A DNA stretch of 64,000 bases from an uncultured virus (IMG/VR IMGVR_UViG_3300028165_000034) (Duplodnaviria; Heunggongvirae; Uroviricota; Caudoviricetes). Position 1 is the first letter of the stretch, and every line of letters starts with the position of its first letter. Of the stretch, positions 8,191 to 17,651 are shown in pieces. Under the pieces are notes generated by a model. It did no database searches, had not been told where the DNA came from, and saw only the letters and a list, made by a program, of their open reading frames with translations. The DNA lies in the IMG/VR virus record IMGVR_UViG_3300028165_000034, positions 1 to 64,000 of that record; one strand, given 5' to 3'. A program made the translations under genes and the position numbers.

Positions 8191-9327
8191 ATGGCGAAGA
8201 AGCAGAAGGCTGCGATTGAAGAGACGGCATCAGCCACTCAGTCTCTCGCCGTTACTCACCGACCGCGCACACTCAAAGACGTTGTTGGTCAAGACGACAG
8301 CGTTTCCATCATCAAGGGTATGATTAAGCGCAACCGTTTCCCGGGCGCGATCCTGATTAGCGGTGTCACAGGCACTGGCAAGACGACACTGGCGCGTATC
8401 CTTGCGACGTACATGAACGCCGACGATCCGAAGAACGTCCGTGAGTCCATGGCGTACAAGCTGGGCGAGAAGCATCCAGACGTCACCATCGTCAACGCAG
8501 GTACTCACGGTAAGGTCGAGGACATTCGCTCTCTCGTCCGTGGTGCCAACGCTGCGCCGCACACCAACTACCGCGTGTTCATCATCGACGAGGCTCACAA
8601 GCTCACCGGTGCGTCCGCAGAAGCGCTGCTGGTTCCTATCGAAGAGCCGAGCATCCACACCATCTGGATTCTCTGCACGACGAACCCGGAGAAACTGGTC
8701 GACACCATCGCAGGTCGTTGCACCAAGATCAACCTGAACCGCATCGAACCAGAGCACATCGTCTCTCGCCTGCAGTACATCGTCGAGCAAGAGAAGATGG
8801 ACTTCGTTAAAGGCAAGGAAGGTAAGAAGGCGCTGGAGCTGATCGCTGCCATGTGCGACGGCAGTATGCGCAACGCCATTGCCCACCTTGAAGCTGTGAT
8901 GTTCGCAGGCTTCGGCGGCAAGAAGCTCGACGCAGAAGGTGCACTCAAGGCATACGTCGAATCGTCGGCAGCAGACCTCGACAAGGCCGCAGCGTCTGTC
9001 GTTGCGGCCACGATGAACCTCGACCTGCCTGGGTTGATCGCCATCATCCGTAAAGCGCAGAACCCACGCGGCATCGTGTACAAGACACGCGCCCTGCTCG
9101 ACTACCTGATTGGCGCAAAGACCAAGACGGCGAAGTTCCTGCCGTACTCCGGGCGCATCTTCGAGCAGCTTGCAAAGAAAATGGATATCAAGTACGGGCT
9201 CAAGGGCCTGGTGATGCTCCAGCACACCATCGTTGAACTGGAGCTGCAACTCAACTCGACCAGCATCGACGAATCGGTGCTCCTGCAAACCTATCTCGGC
9301 CGTTTCGTGATCGAGAACAAAGGCTAA
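8191..9327 (+). CDS. dnaX: clamp loader AAA+ subunit, DNA polymerase III gamma/tau-like
   Basis: HRPRTLKDVVGQ, Walker A GVTGTGKTT, IIDEAHKL, IEEP, TIAGRC, GSMRNA. Confidence 0.9.
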   Translation: MAKKQKAAIEETASATQSLAVTHRPRTLKDVVGQDDSVSIIKGMIKRNRFPGAILISGVTGTGKTTLARILATYMNADDPKNVRESMAYKLGEKHPDVTIVNAGTHGKVEDIRSLVRGANAAPHTNYRVFIIDEAHKLTGASAEALLVPIEEPSIHTIWILCTTNPEKLVDTIAGRCTKINLNRIEPEHIVSRLQYIVEQEKMDFVKGKEGKKALELIAAMCDGSMRNAIAHLEAVMFAGFGGKKLDAEGALKAYVESSAADLDKAAASVVAATMNLDLPGLIAIIRKAQNPRGIVYKTRALLDYLIGAKTKTAKFLPYSGRIFEQLAKKMDIKYGLKGLVMLQHTIVELELQLNSTSIDESVLLQTYLGRFVIENKG

Positions 9328-9333
9328 TCGAAC

Positions 9334-11760
9334 ATGCTCAAGCTGACTGACGTTGAACTCACCGACGTCGTCAACTTCAAAAAAGTGAAACTGGACATTA
9401 CCCGACATCCTTTTACGGTCATCACTGGCCATAATAAGGATAGTCGCATTTCCACAGAGACCAGCAACGGTGCGGGCAAGTCCCTGCTGTTGTCCTCTGT
9501 GCCAAACCTTCGTTATGAAGCCGCTCCCCTCGCCACCACCAAAAGCAAGAAAGATATGCTTGAGACGGCGAAGTCGAGCATCCGAATTGGGCTTATCGGA
9601 AATGACGGCAAGCCCTATTCGATCACTCAAACAAATTCCAAGTTCATCATTGAATGTGACGGCACCGACAAAGAAGTCAGAACCATCCCTCTCCAGAAGA
9701 AGGAGATTGAGCGGATTTTCCCGCTGACTGAGGATGAGTTCTATTCGTATGTGTACCTGCAGTCGCAACGCCCGCTGTCGTTCCAAAGCGACAAGCCAGC
9801 GGCGCGTCTCCAGTACATCACCTCGCTGTTCCAACTGGACGTGTACGATCGGTTGAAGCGGCACTTCACCCAGAAGCTGGGCGAAATCAAGAACAAGCAG
9901 GTCGAGTTTGACGTGGTGAATGCGCAGTTGGTGAAAATCAACGGCATCCTCGAACGTCTCGACTGGGACAAGGAGAAGGCGGAGAAGCTGGAAGAAGCAC
10001 GTGGTGTCATCAAGGCGCTGGGTGACGAATCCAAGAAGCTGCACTCCAAGATCGAAAAGCTCAAGGGTGCCATCGCCGCAAGCGAGCGAATCTCCAAGCT
10101 CAAGAAGCAACGGAAGAAGCTCAAGCCCAAGCTGTCACGCAAAGCTGCACAGGCCGAGTTGCAACTGCACGAAGACCTGGCCGAGTACGAGTCCGACCTG
10201 AAGTCGTTCCGCGCTCAGGTTAAGCAATACACCAACCAGCTTACCGAAATCGGTGAAGTGAGCGCGCCTGCTGTGCTAAAGGCGCACATGGCCAAGATCG
10301 AGAAGGAGCTGGAGAAGGAAGAAGAGTGGTTGACCGAAGCGCATAGCAAGCGCCAGCAGGTCAAGCAGATCGCCAAAGACTTGGAAGAGGCGGAAGAAGC
10401 CTACAAGGCCGTTGGTGGTAAGCTCAAAGAGGTGAACGTTGCTGTCGCATTCGGCACTGCCGAGTTCGAGCGCGTGCTCCTGCAATACCAACCTGTGATG
10501 CAACTGGCTTCGATTGTCGATGACTGTGCAGATGGTGAGTGTCCAACTTGCCAGCAGACGGTTAACGTCAAGAAGTTCAGGAAGCAGATTGATCAGGCGA
10601 AAGGCAAGATCAAGGAAGCCAAGCGGTCCATCAAGATCGCTGACGCCGCCGTGGTGCTCGCCAAACTGCGTACCAAAAGCCGCAAGCTGGAGTTCAACGA
10701 GGAAGAGTTCGTTGAGCGCCGTGAGAAGTATCGCAAGCGCGATGCCAAGCTTGACGAGCTCCGTGAGAAGCTGAACGATGCCCGCCAAGCGCAGAAGTTG
10801 AAAGATCGACTGGGTGAACTGAAACAGCCGAAGGAGCCTAAGGCGATTCCGAACTACACTCGGAAGGACCTACGCGCCATGCTGGAAGATCACTCGGAGA
10901 TTGCACGCATCGACTCCGTGCTTGAAAGTTTATTGGAAGATTACGGAACTATTGATGTAGATTCGTTGTCTAATAAGCTAGCAGAGGCAAAGCAGCGGTA
11001 TGCAAAAGTCGAGCGCAAGTACAGCCGTGCGCAGGACATTGTAAGCTCCTACGGTTCCAAAGCCAGTGAGTTCAAGGTGCTCAAGCGCGAGCGCAACGAC
11101 GCCCTTGTGAAGCTGGAAGACCTGAAGCCCATCATTGCTCAACGCGACCTCATTAAGTCGCTGGAGAAGGCGTACTCCGCCAAGGGCTTGAAAGTAAACG
11201 CCGCGAACGAGATTCTCTTCCAGATCGAGGAGCAACTCAATCGCAACTCCCACCTGATCTTTGCCGAGCCGTTCAAGTTCAACGTCTTCGCAAAGGAGAA
11301 TGGTGTGCATTGCATCGTTGACCGTGGCAACGGGAAGAAGCCGACTGACGTCCGCTTGCTCTCTGGTGCCGAGAGTGACTGTTTCAGGTTGCTCTGGTTC
11401 TTTGTAATGCTCATTATGGTGGAAGATGATCGTCGTACAAACTTCGCCGTACTGGATGAACCAGATAGCCACATGGACCCGACCACTCGGTCGTTGTTCG
11501 TTGAGCGCTACCTGCCAGCACTGCGTTCGCTGGTGCCGCATGTGTTCCTGATTACTCCTCTGGATAAACACCTGTACACCGAATGCGCGTACCTGACGGT
11601 TGTCAAACACAAAGGCGTTTCACAGGTCATGGAGAACTACAATGAAGATGGTGAGCTTCGGGTGCCACGCGCCAGACGAAGTGCTGGTGAGGCTGAATCG
11701 AGAAAAGGGCGTAAAAAGAAGCCACGTTCTGATGATCGAGCCCGAAGGAAAGCTGCCTAA
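9334..11760 (+). CDS. sbcC: SbcC/Rad50-like ATPase (recombination nuclease subunit)
   Basis: NGAGKS Walker A, coiled coil with CPTC zinc hook, LSGAE signature, LDEPDSHMD. Confidence 0.88.
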   Translation: MLKLTDVELTDVVNFKKVKLDITRHPFTVITGHNKDSRISTETSNGAGKSLLLSSVPNLRYEAAPLATTKSKKDMLETAKSSIRIGLIGNDGKPYSITQTNSKFIIECDGTDKEVRTIPLQKKEIERIFPLTEDEFYSYVYLQSQRPLSFQSDKPAARLQYITSLFQLDVYDRLKRHFTQKLGEIKNKQVEFDVVNAQLVKINGILERLDWDKEKAEKLEEARGVIKALGDESKKLHSKIEKLKGAIAASERISKLKKQRKKLKPKLSRKAAQAELQLHEDLAEYESDLKSFRAQVKQYTNQLTEIGEVSAPAVLKAHMAKIEKELEKEEEWLTEAHSKRQQVKQIAKDLEEAEEAYKAVGGKLKEVNVAVAFGTAEFERVLLQYQPVMQLASIVDDCADGECPTCQQTVNVKKFRKQIDQAKGKIKEAKRSIKIADAAVVLAKLRTKSRKLEFNEEEFVERREKYRKRDAKLDELREKLNDARQAQKLKDRLGELKQPKEPKAIPNYTRKDLRAMLEDHSEIARIDSVLESLLEDYGTIDVDSLSNKLAEAKQRYAKVERKYSRAQDIVSSYGSKASEFKVLKRERNDALVKLEDLKPIIAQRDLIKSLEKAYSAKGLKVNAANEILFQIEEQLNRNSHLIFAEPFKFNVFAKENGVHCIVDRGNGKKPTDVRLLSGAESDCFRLLWFFVMLIMVEDDRRTNFAVLDEPDSHMDPTTRSLFVERYLPALRSLVPHVFLITPLDKHLYTECAYLTVVKHKGVSQVMENYNEDGELRVPRARRSAGEAESRKGRKKKPRSDDRARRKAA

Positions 11761-12370
11761 AAAGAAACCTGACGGCGTCCAGTACGTCGTCGCGTTCTCT
11801 TTGAAGGACCTACGGCGTAATCTGGTTTGTCACGCTTCCTTCAAGGATGTGACCTTCCTAGTGTTCGATACACCAATTGCGCTTAGCGCTTTCAACATCC
11901 CGCGTATGGATTTCAAAATCGGCGGTGACATTCACATCGACGGCTTTGAGTGCTCTCCTCTGAATCTCAATTTGGATGTAGAGCCCACTACGCTTGCGCG
12001 CACTGGGTTCGATATCGTTCAAGCGTCGGTGGATGAAGTGAAGACGCTGCGGACTCTGCTCAACCAACTGATGACATTCATCTATCAGCTTCCCAGGGCT
12101 ACGCACCAAACTCCGATCAAGGAGCTCGTCTGTGGTTGGATGTGCTCCACTCGGACACTGGTGACACTCAACAACAACCTGGATAAGTTGAAGGGAAGTC
12201 CATTAACGCCAAAGCAGCGCGCACGGCTCAACGAAATCCTGTCTTCCGAGACCGCCTTGATCTACAAGGAGGCTATGCGTGAAGGCGGGGAGTCGAATGA
12301 CCTAGCCCGTCGCTATGGCATCAGCGCGTATGAGATAAACTACATGCGCGCCATCGTAGCCAAGAGTTGA
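11642..12370 (+). CDS. hypothetical protein
   Basis: ORF overlapping the sbcC 3' end; start uncertain. Confidence 0.6.
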   Translation: MKMVSFGCHAPDEVLVRLNREKGVKRSHVLMIEPEGKLPKKKPDGVQYVVAFSLKDLRRNLVCHASFKDVTFLVFDTPIALSAFNIPRMDFKIGGDIHIDGFECSPLNLNLDVEPTTLARTGFDIVQASVDEVKTLRTLLNQLMTFIYQLPRATHQTPIKELVCGWMCSTRTLVTLNNNLDKLKGSPLTPKQRARLNEILSSETALIYKEAMREGGESNDLARRYGISAYEINYMRAIVAKS

Positions 12371-12378
12371 GGTCTATC

Positions 12379-13239
12379 ATGCCCAAGGTCGTTCTTTACC
12401 ACGCAGAATGCAATGACGGCATCATGGCCGCCGCCGTTGTGTCTTACTTTGAACGTGATCCAACCATCACGTATCATCCCGTGAACTACAAGGTACCTCT
12501 GCCTGAGATTCCCAACGGTGCAGAGGTAATCATGGTAGATTTCTGCCATGACGACCTGGGCATGATGCTCAATATCCTCGACACTTGCCAGCACCTTACG
12601 GTGATCGACCACCACGCGAAAGCGGTGCCGATTCTTGAAGCGCTGTGTAAGGCCAACGAGGACAAGATCACAGTGGCGTATCACAGCCATGAGTCTGGTG
12701 CGTCGGCTACGTGGAAACACTACACGCAGAACCCGATGCCGAAGGTTGTGGAGCTGGTGCGCAATCACGACCTCCACGTTCACAAGACAATCGAGGACGA
12801 CTACTTCTTCTACGGCGTGATGACCAAGGAACAGACCATTGCGTACTGGACCTCGCTCATTCTCGACAACAAGGAAGTGAACAACCTCGTTCTTGCCGGG
12901 CGTTCCGTCCACGCTTTCATCAGCAACACGGCAATCCCGCAGATCACGTCGAAGGCACGCTTTGCTTCACTGCAAGGTTACATGGTCCCTGTCGTGAACT
13001 GCAACCGCGTGCTGCAATCCTTGGTCTTGGACTCGCTACTGCCGATTCACATGGTGGCGATTGCCTACGAAGACTGGGGCGATGGAAAGCGTAAATGGAG
13101 TGTACGATCTGCACCACAAACGAACGGTGTCGCTCAGCGCATTGCTGAGGAGTTCTTTGGCTCTGGCCATGAGAACGCGGCCGGCTTCCTGAGTGATGTG
13201 GACTTCCAGCTCCCATACATTTCCACGGATACCGCATAA
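12379..13239 (+). CDS. DHH-family phosphoesterase
   Basis: YHAECNDG, MVDF, IDHH, WSVRS, GSGHENAAGF. Confidence 0.85.
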   Translation: MPKVVLYHAECNDGIMAAAVVSYFERDPTITYHPVNYKVPLPEIPNGAEVIMVDFCHDDLGMMLNILDTCQHLTVIDHHAKAVPILEALCKANEDKITVAYHSHESGASATWKHYTQNPMPKVVELVRNHDLHVHKTIEDDYFFYGVMTKEQTIAYWTSLILDNKEVNNLVLAGRSVHAFISNTAIPQITSKARFASLQGYMVPVVNCNRVLQSLVLDSLLPIHMVAIAYEDWGDGKRKWSVRSAPQTNGVAQRIAEEFFGSGHENAAGFLSDVDFQLPYISTDTA

Positions 13240-14300
13240 TGCTCGAAGCTCTCTCAACCAGCGACTGGCACCTTGACGGGATGAACAAGCACTTCTTGGA
13301 TGCTGTCCAACGACAGCTCCGAGAGGTGGAGAAAATCTACAAGTACGCGCTGTCCAAAGGCATTCAGCACGTCTTCATCCCAGGTGATATCTCCGACACG
13401 CCGCACATGCCGGAGTCCACCTACCTGTCGCTGCTCCTGTTCTTGAAGAAGTACGACGGGATTCTGAACAGCTACTACATCGGCGGCAACCACGATCGCA
13501 GTGACTCCACCACGACGTCCTGCGACCTGCTCCAGTTGTTGTGTGAGCACAAGTTCTTCAAATCGTTCCGTATCTTCCTGAAGCCTGATCAGGATCGGAT
13601 CGACGGACAGTTGGTCAACTTCTGTGCATGGCCGTGTTACGAGACGCTGACCGAGAAGGAAGGCGCGTTGAACTTCGCCCACGTCGAATACAATGGAGCA
13701 ATCGGTGACAACGGTCGCTCCTTGAAGACCAAGCATGAGTTCGCAGCCCACAAGCGCGACTTCACGATCAGTGGCCACATCCACCAGTACCAGCACATCA
13801 AGTCCCGACGTGTTGTGTTCAACGGTAACCCGTTCCAGAAGAACTTCGGTGAGAGCCTACCGAAGGGCTTCATCCACTTCAAGGCCAAGTGCGAAAAGAA
13901 CGAAATGCAGTTCCGCCATCGGTTCATCGACAACCAGCCGAACTTCCGACTGGAGACCGTGTTGATTGAATCGCCGGCCGACTTTGCCAAGCTTCGGCAG
14001 GACAACAACATCAGGTACAAGCTCCTCATTGCGCCTGACGTATTGATCCCGGCCGACCTGCGAATCAACTACCCGAACATCACCGGTGGCTTCTTCAACG
14101 CCGAGACCAAGGCCAAGAAGACGGACGATGGGGAGATTGTGGAACACGTTGGTGAGGTGGTTGCTCGTCCACGGGTGAAACCTACCCACGGCCTGAAGGA
14201 TTACTTGGCGGCGGCCGGCCACAACAAGAAGGAAATCAAGTATGCCCGGGATTTAGTACGGGATGCCATGAACTCCTTGGGAATCCAAACGGACTCCTAG
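13239..14300 (+). CDS. sbcD: SbcD/Mre11-like metallophosphoesterase nuclease
   Basis: SDWHL, PGDISD, GGNHD, SGHIH. Confidence 0.88.
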   Translation: MLEALSTSDWHLDGMNKHFLDAVQRQLREVEKIYKYALSKGIQHVFIPGDISDTPHMPESTYLSLLLFLKKYDGILNSYYIGGNHDRSDSTTTSCDLLQLLCEHKFFKSFRIFLKPDQDRIDGQLVNFCAWPCYETLTEKEGALNFAHVEYNGAIGDNGRSLKTKHEFAAHKRDFTISGHIHQYQHIKSRRVVFNGNPFQKNFGESLPKGFIHFKAKCEKNEMQFRHRFIDNQPNFRLETVLIESPADFAKLRQDNNIRYKLLIAPDVLIPADLRINYPNITGGFFNAETKAKKTDDGEIVEHVGEVVARPRVKPTHGLKDYLAAAGHNKKEIKYARDLVRDAMNSLGIQTDS

Positions 14301-14334
14301 GAGATTCCTAGGACATTCCAAAAACATTCCTGGG
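14280..14334. repeat. degenerate 11-bp tandem repeats
   Basis: ggaatccaaac / ggactcctagg / agattcctagg / acattccaaaa / acattcctggg. Confidence 0.5.
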
Positions 14335-14368
14335 TTTTCTCTGTGCGCTCGTCTCTTGCTGTAGATAA

Positions 14369-14377
14369 TGCTAATTT
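14369..14377 (+). promoter_or_regulatory. candidate late promoter motif TGCTAATTT
   Basis: Recurs at 15559, 39971 and 50962 ahead of putative virion genes. Confidence 0.5.
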
Positions 14378-14472
14378 TTTCTACATCGAGAGACTTGCAT
14401 ACCTTGGCGCTAAGGTTGTGTCCTGCGTCCTCGATGCAAAATACAACCCTTACCCAGATGGAGATTGCCAAA

Positions 14473-15477
14473 ATGGCAAAGACCCGTGCCGTAAAAGACC
14501 CGAAGGCTGGTAAGTTCGCCAAGCCGAAGATGGTCAAAGTGGACAACAGTCCAGAAGCGAAAGCCAAGGCCAAGAAAGCCAAGCAAGCTCGCCAATCGAC
14601 CAAAGCCGCCACCAACGCCAAAGCTCGTACCGAGCGCAAAACCCGCACCCCGGCCGAGCGCCTGGAAGCCGGTGAAAAACGCGCCATCCGCCGCGCTCAG
14701 AAAGAAGGCCGCGACCCGCGCGCTGCCGCCAAAGAGTACCGCGCCTGGTTCAAAAAGCAGCAGTCTCACGGCGCTGCCAAGTCGAAGTCGAAAGAAGCCG
14801 TTGGCAAGGCTCGCGAAAAGGCCAAGTCCGCTCGCACCGCTCTGTCCGCCGCTGGCAAGCAACTGTCCGCGAAGTACAAGCAAGCTCGCGCTGCTCTGAA
14901 AGGCCTGCCGGCTGACAAGCGCAAAGCGAAAGCTGCTGCCCTGCGCACCAAGTTCGCCGCGGCCAAAGCCAAGCTGGCTACCAAGCGTACCAAGCTGTCG
15001 GCTTCGCACAAGAAGACCATCGAGAGCATCAAGTCGAAGCTGGCGAAAAAGCACCCAGGCGCCAACCCGCACCGTAAGGTGAAGGCTGCTCCTGCTGCTG
15101 CCGCTGCTCCAGCGAAAAAGACTCGCGCCACCAAGGCTCCGGCCAAGGCAGCGACCACCAAGGCAGTCAAGGCTCCGGCCAAGAAAGCCGTAAAAGAAGC
15201 CGTTAAGTCGGCTCCGGTGAAGAAGGCAATCAAAGCCGAAGTCAAGAAAGCAGTTAAACCTGCTGCCAAGACCGAAGCCAAGAAAGCTGTGAAGGCTCCG
15301 GCCAAGAAGGCTACCAAAGCCGCGGCTACCAAAGCCGTTAAAGCTCCTGCCAAGAAAGCGACCAAAGCGGCCGCCACCAAGGCAGTAAAAGCTCCGGCCA
15401 AGAAAGCCGTCAAGACCGCAGCAAAAGCACCAGCCGCGAAGACCTCGACTCGCGCGCGTAAAGTCGCCCGCGGTTAA
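14473..15477 (+). CDS. histone H1-like (AlgP/Hc2-like) Lys/Ala-rich DNA-binding protein
   Basis: Extreme K/A content with repeats of KAPAKKA(T/V)KAAATKAV; GGAG RBS. Confidence 0.8.
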   Translation: MAKTRAVKDPKAGKFAKPKMVKVDNSPEAKAKAKKAKQARQSTKAATNAKARTERKTRTPAERLEAGEKRAIRRAQKEGRDPRAAAKEYRAWFKKQQSHGAAKSKSKEAVGKAREKAKSARTALSAAGKQLSAKYKQARAALKGLPADKRKAKAAALRTKFAAAKAKLATKRTKLSASHKKTIESIKSKLAKKHPGANPHRKVKAAPAAAAAPAKKTRATKAPAKAATTKAVKAPAKKAVKEAVKSAPVKKAIKAEVKKAVKPAAKTEAKKAVKAPAKKATKAAATKAVKAPAKKATKAAATKAVKAPAKKAVKTAAKAPAAKTSTRARKVARG

Positions 15478-15501
15478 TTCCCGCGCCGGCTAAGCTACAC
15501 C

Positions 15502-15544
15502 AAAATACCCGGGTCTCCTAACAGAGGCCTGGGTATTTTCGTTT
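15502..15544 (+). terminator. rho-independent terminator
   Basis: AAAATACCCGGGTCTC-loop-GAGGCCTGGGTATTTT. Confidence 0.75.
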
Positions 15545-15558
15545 CTGAGGTCCAAATC

Positions 15559-15566
15559 GCTAATTT
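15559..15566 (+). promoter_or_regulatory. candidate late promoter motif GCTAATTT
   Basis: Directly after a terminator, upstream of the operon starting at 15599. Confidence 0.5.
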
Positions 15567-15598
15567 ATTGTCACGAACTAACGTGGCAGAGCATTCCG

Positions 15599-16600
15599 AT
15601 GCAACTACAACCAAAGTCAATTGATACCAGCCAGAATGTCGTGGACATTCGTAAGGCTCGAAATGCCAATGAGCTAATCACTGTCATTGGTCGGATCAAT
15701 ACTGCCTTGCGTGCTCAGCAAACTCTCAACAGCACCGAGCGGACGAAAGTCAAATTCGGCCCGCTGTCGAAGCTGTATGAAAGCCTCAGTTGGGTGTTGC
15801 AGACGCAAGCTGAACTGCAATGCGCCATGTCTATGGTGCAGCATCTGAACGATGCCAAGCGCGAGCGCTGTATCTCCGCTATCCGAATTCTCAACGCTGA
15901 TCTGCTTGACCTCAAGCGGACGCTAATCTCCAGAGTCAACTCGGCTTCACGGCCGCTGATTGGCGAACGCATGAATGACCTAGCCAATGTCATTCACGAC
16001 TTCCTGCGCCCGCTGTGCGAGAAGCTGTATTCGATCCACATGGCAGACCAAGATGCCACTTATGTGGCTTTTGTCGCCCGTGACGTGCGCGCCAATAGCG
16101 GGTTCGTATCGCCTGAGGTCTGCATCAAGCTCAAGGAAGAAGACGGCCAGTTCTATGTCTCCCTCCCGTATTCGCCTTTCGTCGAGACAGACAACATCCC
16201 AGTGTCGTCGACCAAAGACCTCAACTACTTCCTCAAAGGCACGCTGAACTATCAGTCTGCTGCGGCTCCCAAGCCCAAGGAAGAGAAACTGCTGCGCATT
16301 GAAGGCGTCACCAAAGTCGATATCACGGATTCCCTGAACCTGTGGTTAGACTCGGCCGTTCGTCCAGTCGATATCAGCAATATCCTGCGCGCGGTCCTGC
16401 CCTTGATCAAGGTTGCCTTGGCTCAGAAGCCCATGGAGATTCTCCACCGCTTCAACAATGAGCCGGGCAGTAAGCGCCTGCAGTTCATCATCGCCAAGCG
16501 CAAAGTGATTGACCAACGTGCGCTCAATCGCTTGACCAAGATGCTGGCACTGTCGCGCTCCCAAGTAACCCAAATGAATTCCATACTGGAGAAGCCATGA
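15599..16600 (+). CDS. hypothetical protein
   Basis: 333-aa ORF. Confidence 0.7.
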   Translation: MQLQPKSIDTSQNVVDIRKARNANELITVIGRINTALRAQQTLNSTERTKVKFGPLSKLYESLSWVLQTQAELQCAMSMVQHLNDAKRERCISAIRILNADLLDLKRTLISRVNSASRPLIGERMNDLANVIHDFLRPLCEKLYSIHMADQDATYVAFVARDVRANSGFVSPEVCIKLKEEDGQFYVSLPYSPFVETDNIPVSSTKDLNYFLKGTLNYQSAAAPKPKEEKLLRIEGVTKVDITDSLNLWLDSAVRPVDISNILRAVLPLIKVALAQKPMEILHRFNNEPGSKRLQFIIAKRKVIDQRALNRLTKMLALSRSQVTQMNSILEKP

Positions 16601-17649
16601 GTGCCATTGATATTGAAGGCATGAGCGACCAGCAGCTCATTGACTATGCCACCAAGAAGATGCCGAAGTATCGGCTAATCACCGCGCGTCTGCGCTCCTT
16701 CATGAAGTCCCTGTTCGGCTTCCGTCGCAACACTGCAACGGCCGCTGGTGACTACAAGATCGACGTGACCGAAGGTGACGGCATCAAGACTGGTGGTGGC
16801 CTGCGTCTGAGTTCGTTCAAGGCACCCAGCTTCACCAAGCTGAAAGCTCACATCGGCGCACTGCAGGACAGCGACGACATTGACGAGTTGGATCGCATCG
16901 TCACCAAGCTGTCGCGCTCCGACAACCCGAACAACTCGCGTGCTGCCAAGGCAATCTTTGCCCAGCACGCCGCCATGACCGAAGAGTACAACAACGCTCT
17001 CGAGGCCGTGGAGAACTTTGCCAACAAGCACATCCCAAGTGAAGTGGCAGAAGAGTTCCAGAAGGCACAAGACGCGGTCAACGCTTTCCTGAGCGTGTAC
17101 GCCGACACCAAGGTTGCTCTCGACCCAATGGTGCTCGTTGGTAGTGAAGACGACCGCATCGACTTCGTCCAGTACCACGAAGCGACTGAGTACACCGAGT
17201 CCAAGCTCTGGATTGTGGTCACCTGCTCGCTCGCTGTCGTCGGCCGCGAATACGTGCTGACCACACACGTCAACATCCTTGATCGGTTCCAAGCACCGTT
17301 CAACTATGACGTGGGCGATGCGGTCAAGGATATCAAGAACGACGTGCGCTTCCTGTTCGCGTCCGAAGGTGTCGTGGCCGTCACAGGTGCTCTTGCGTTC
17401 AAGGTCGATGCAACACGCATCACCAAAGCTCTCAAGGCACTGGACTTCGTCAAGGATGTGCAGATCAGCAAAACTGCCATCAACGTTTGGGTGAAGTTCA
17501 ACAAGAAGACACCTGCGCAGGAGACTGAAATCTTCGCCGTCATCGCGTCCGATGTTGAAGTTCGTCGCAAGCTGGGTCGTTCCAATCGCTTGCACAGCAC
17601 CTGGACCGAAGACAAGCACTGGCAGTTCGTGATTACCCAGCGAGGCTAA
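16597..17649 (+). CDS. hypothetical protein (possibly virion)
   Basis: ATGA coupling, GGAG RBS. Confidence 0.7.
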   Translation: MSAIDIEGMSDQQLIDYATKKMPKYRLITARLRSFMKSLFGFRRNTATAAGDYKIDVTEGDGIKTGGGLRLSSFKAPSFTKLKAHIGALQDSDDIDELDRIVTKLSRSDNPNNSRAAKAIFAQHAAMTEEYNNALEAVENFANKHIPSEVAEEFQKAQDAVNAFLSVYADTKVALDPMVLVGSEDDRIDFVQYHEATEYTESKLWIVVTCSLAVVGREYVLTTHVNILDRFQAPFNYDVGDAVKDIKNDVRFLFASEGVVAVTGALAFKVDATRITKALKALDFVKDVQISKTAINVWVKFNKKTPAQETEIFAVIASDVEVRRKLGRSNRLHSTWTEDKHWQFVITQRG

Positions 17650-17651
17650 TC

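Noticed and set aside
14301..14472. tRNA or structured ncRNA in intergenic gaps (also 39934-40075)
   Set aside because: No cloverleaf or recognisable fold by eye; an Infernal or tRNAscan run would be needed to exclude
15085..15440. Tandem DNA repeats as a CRISPR array or VNTR
   Set aside because: In-frame coding repeats with synonymous variation and no spacers
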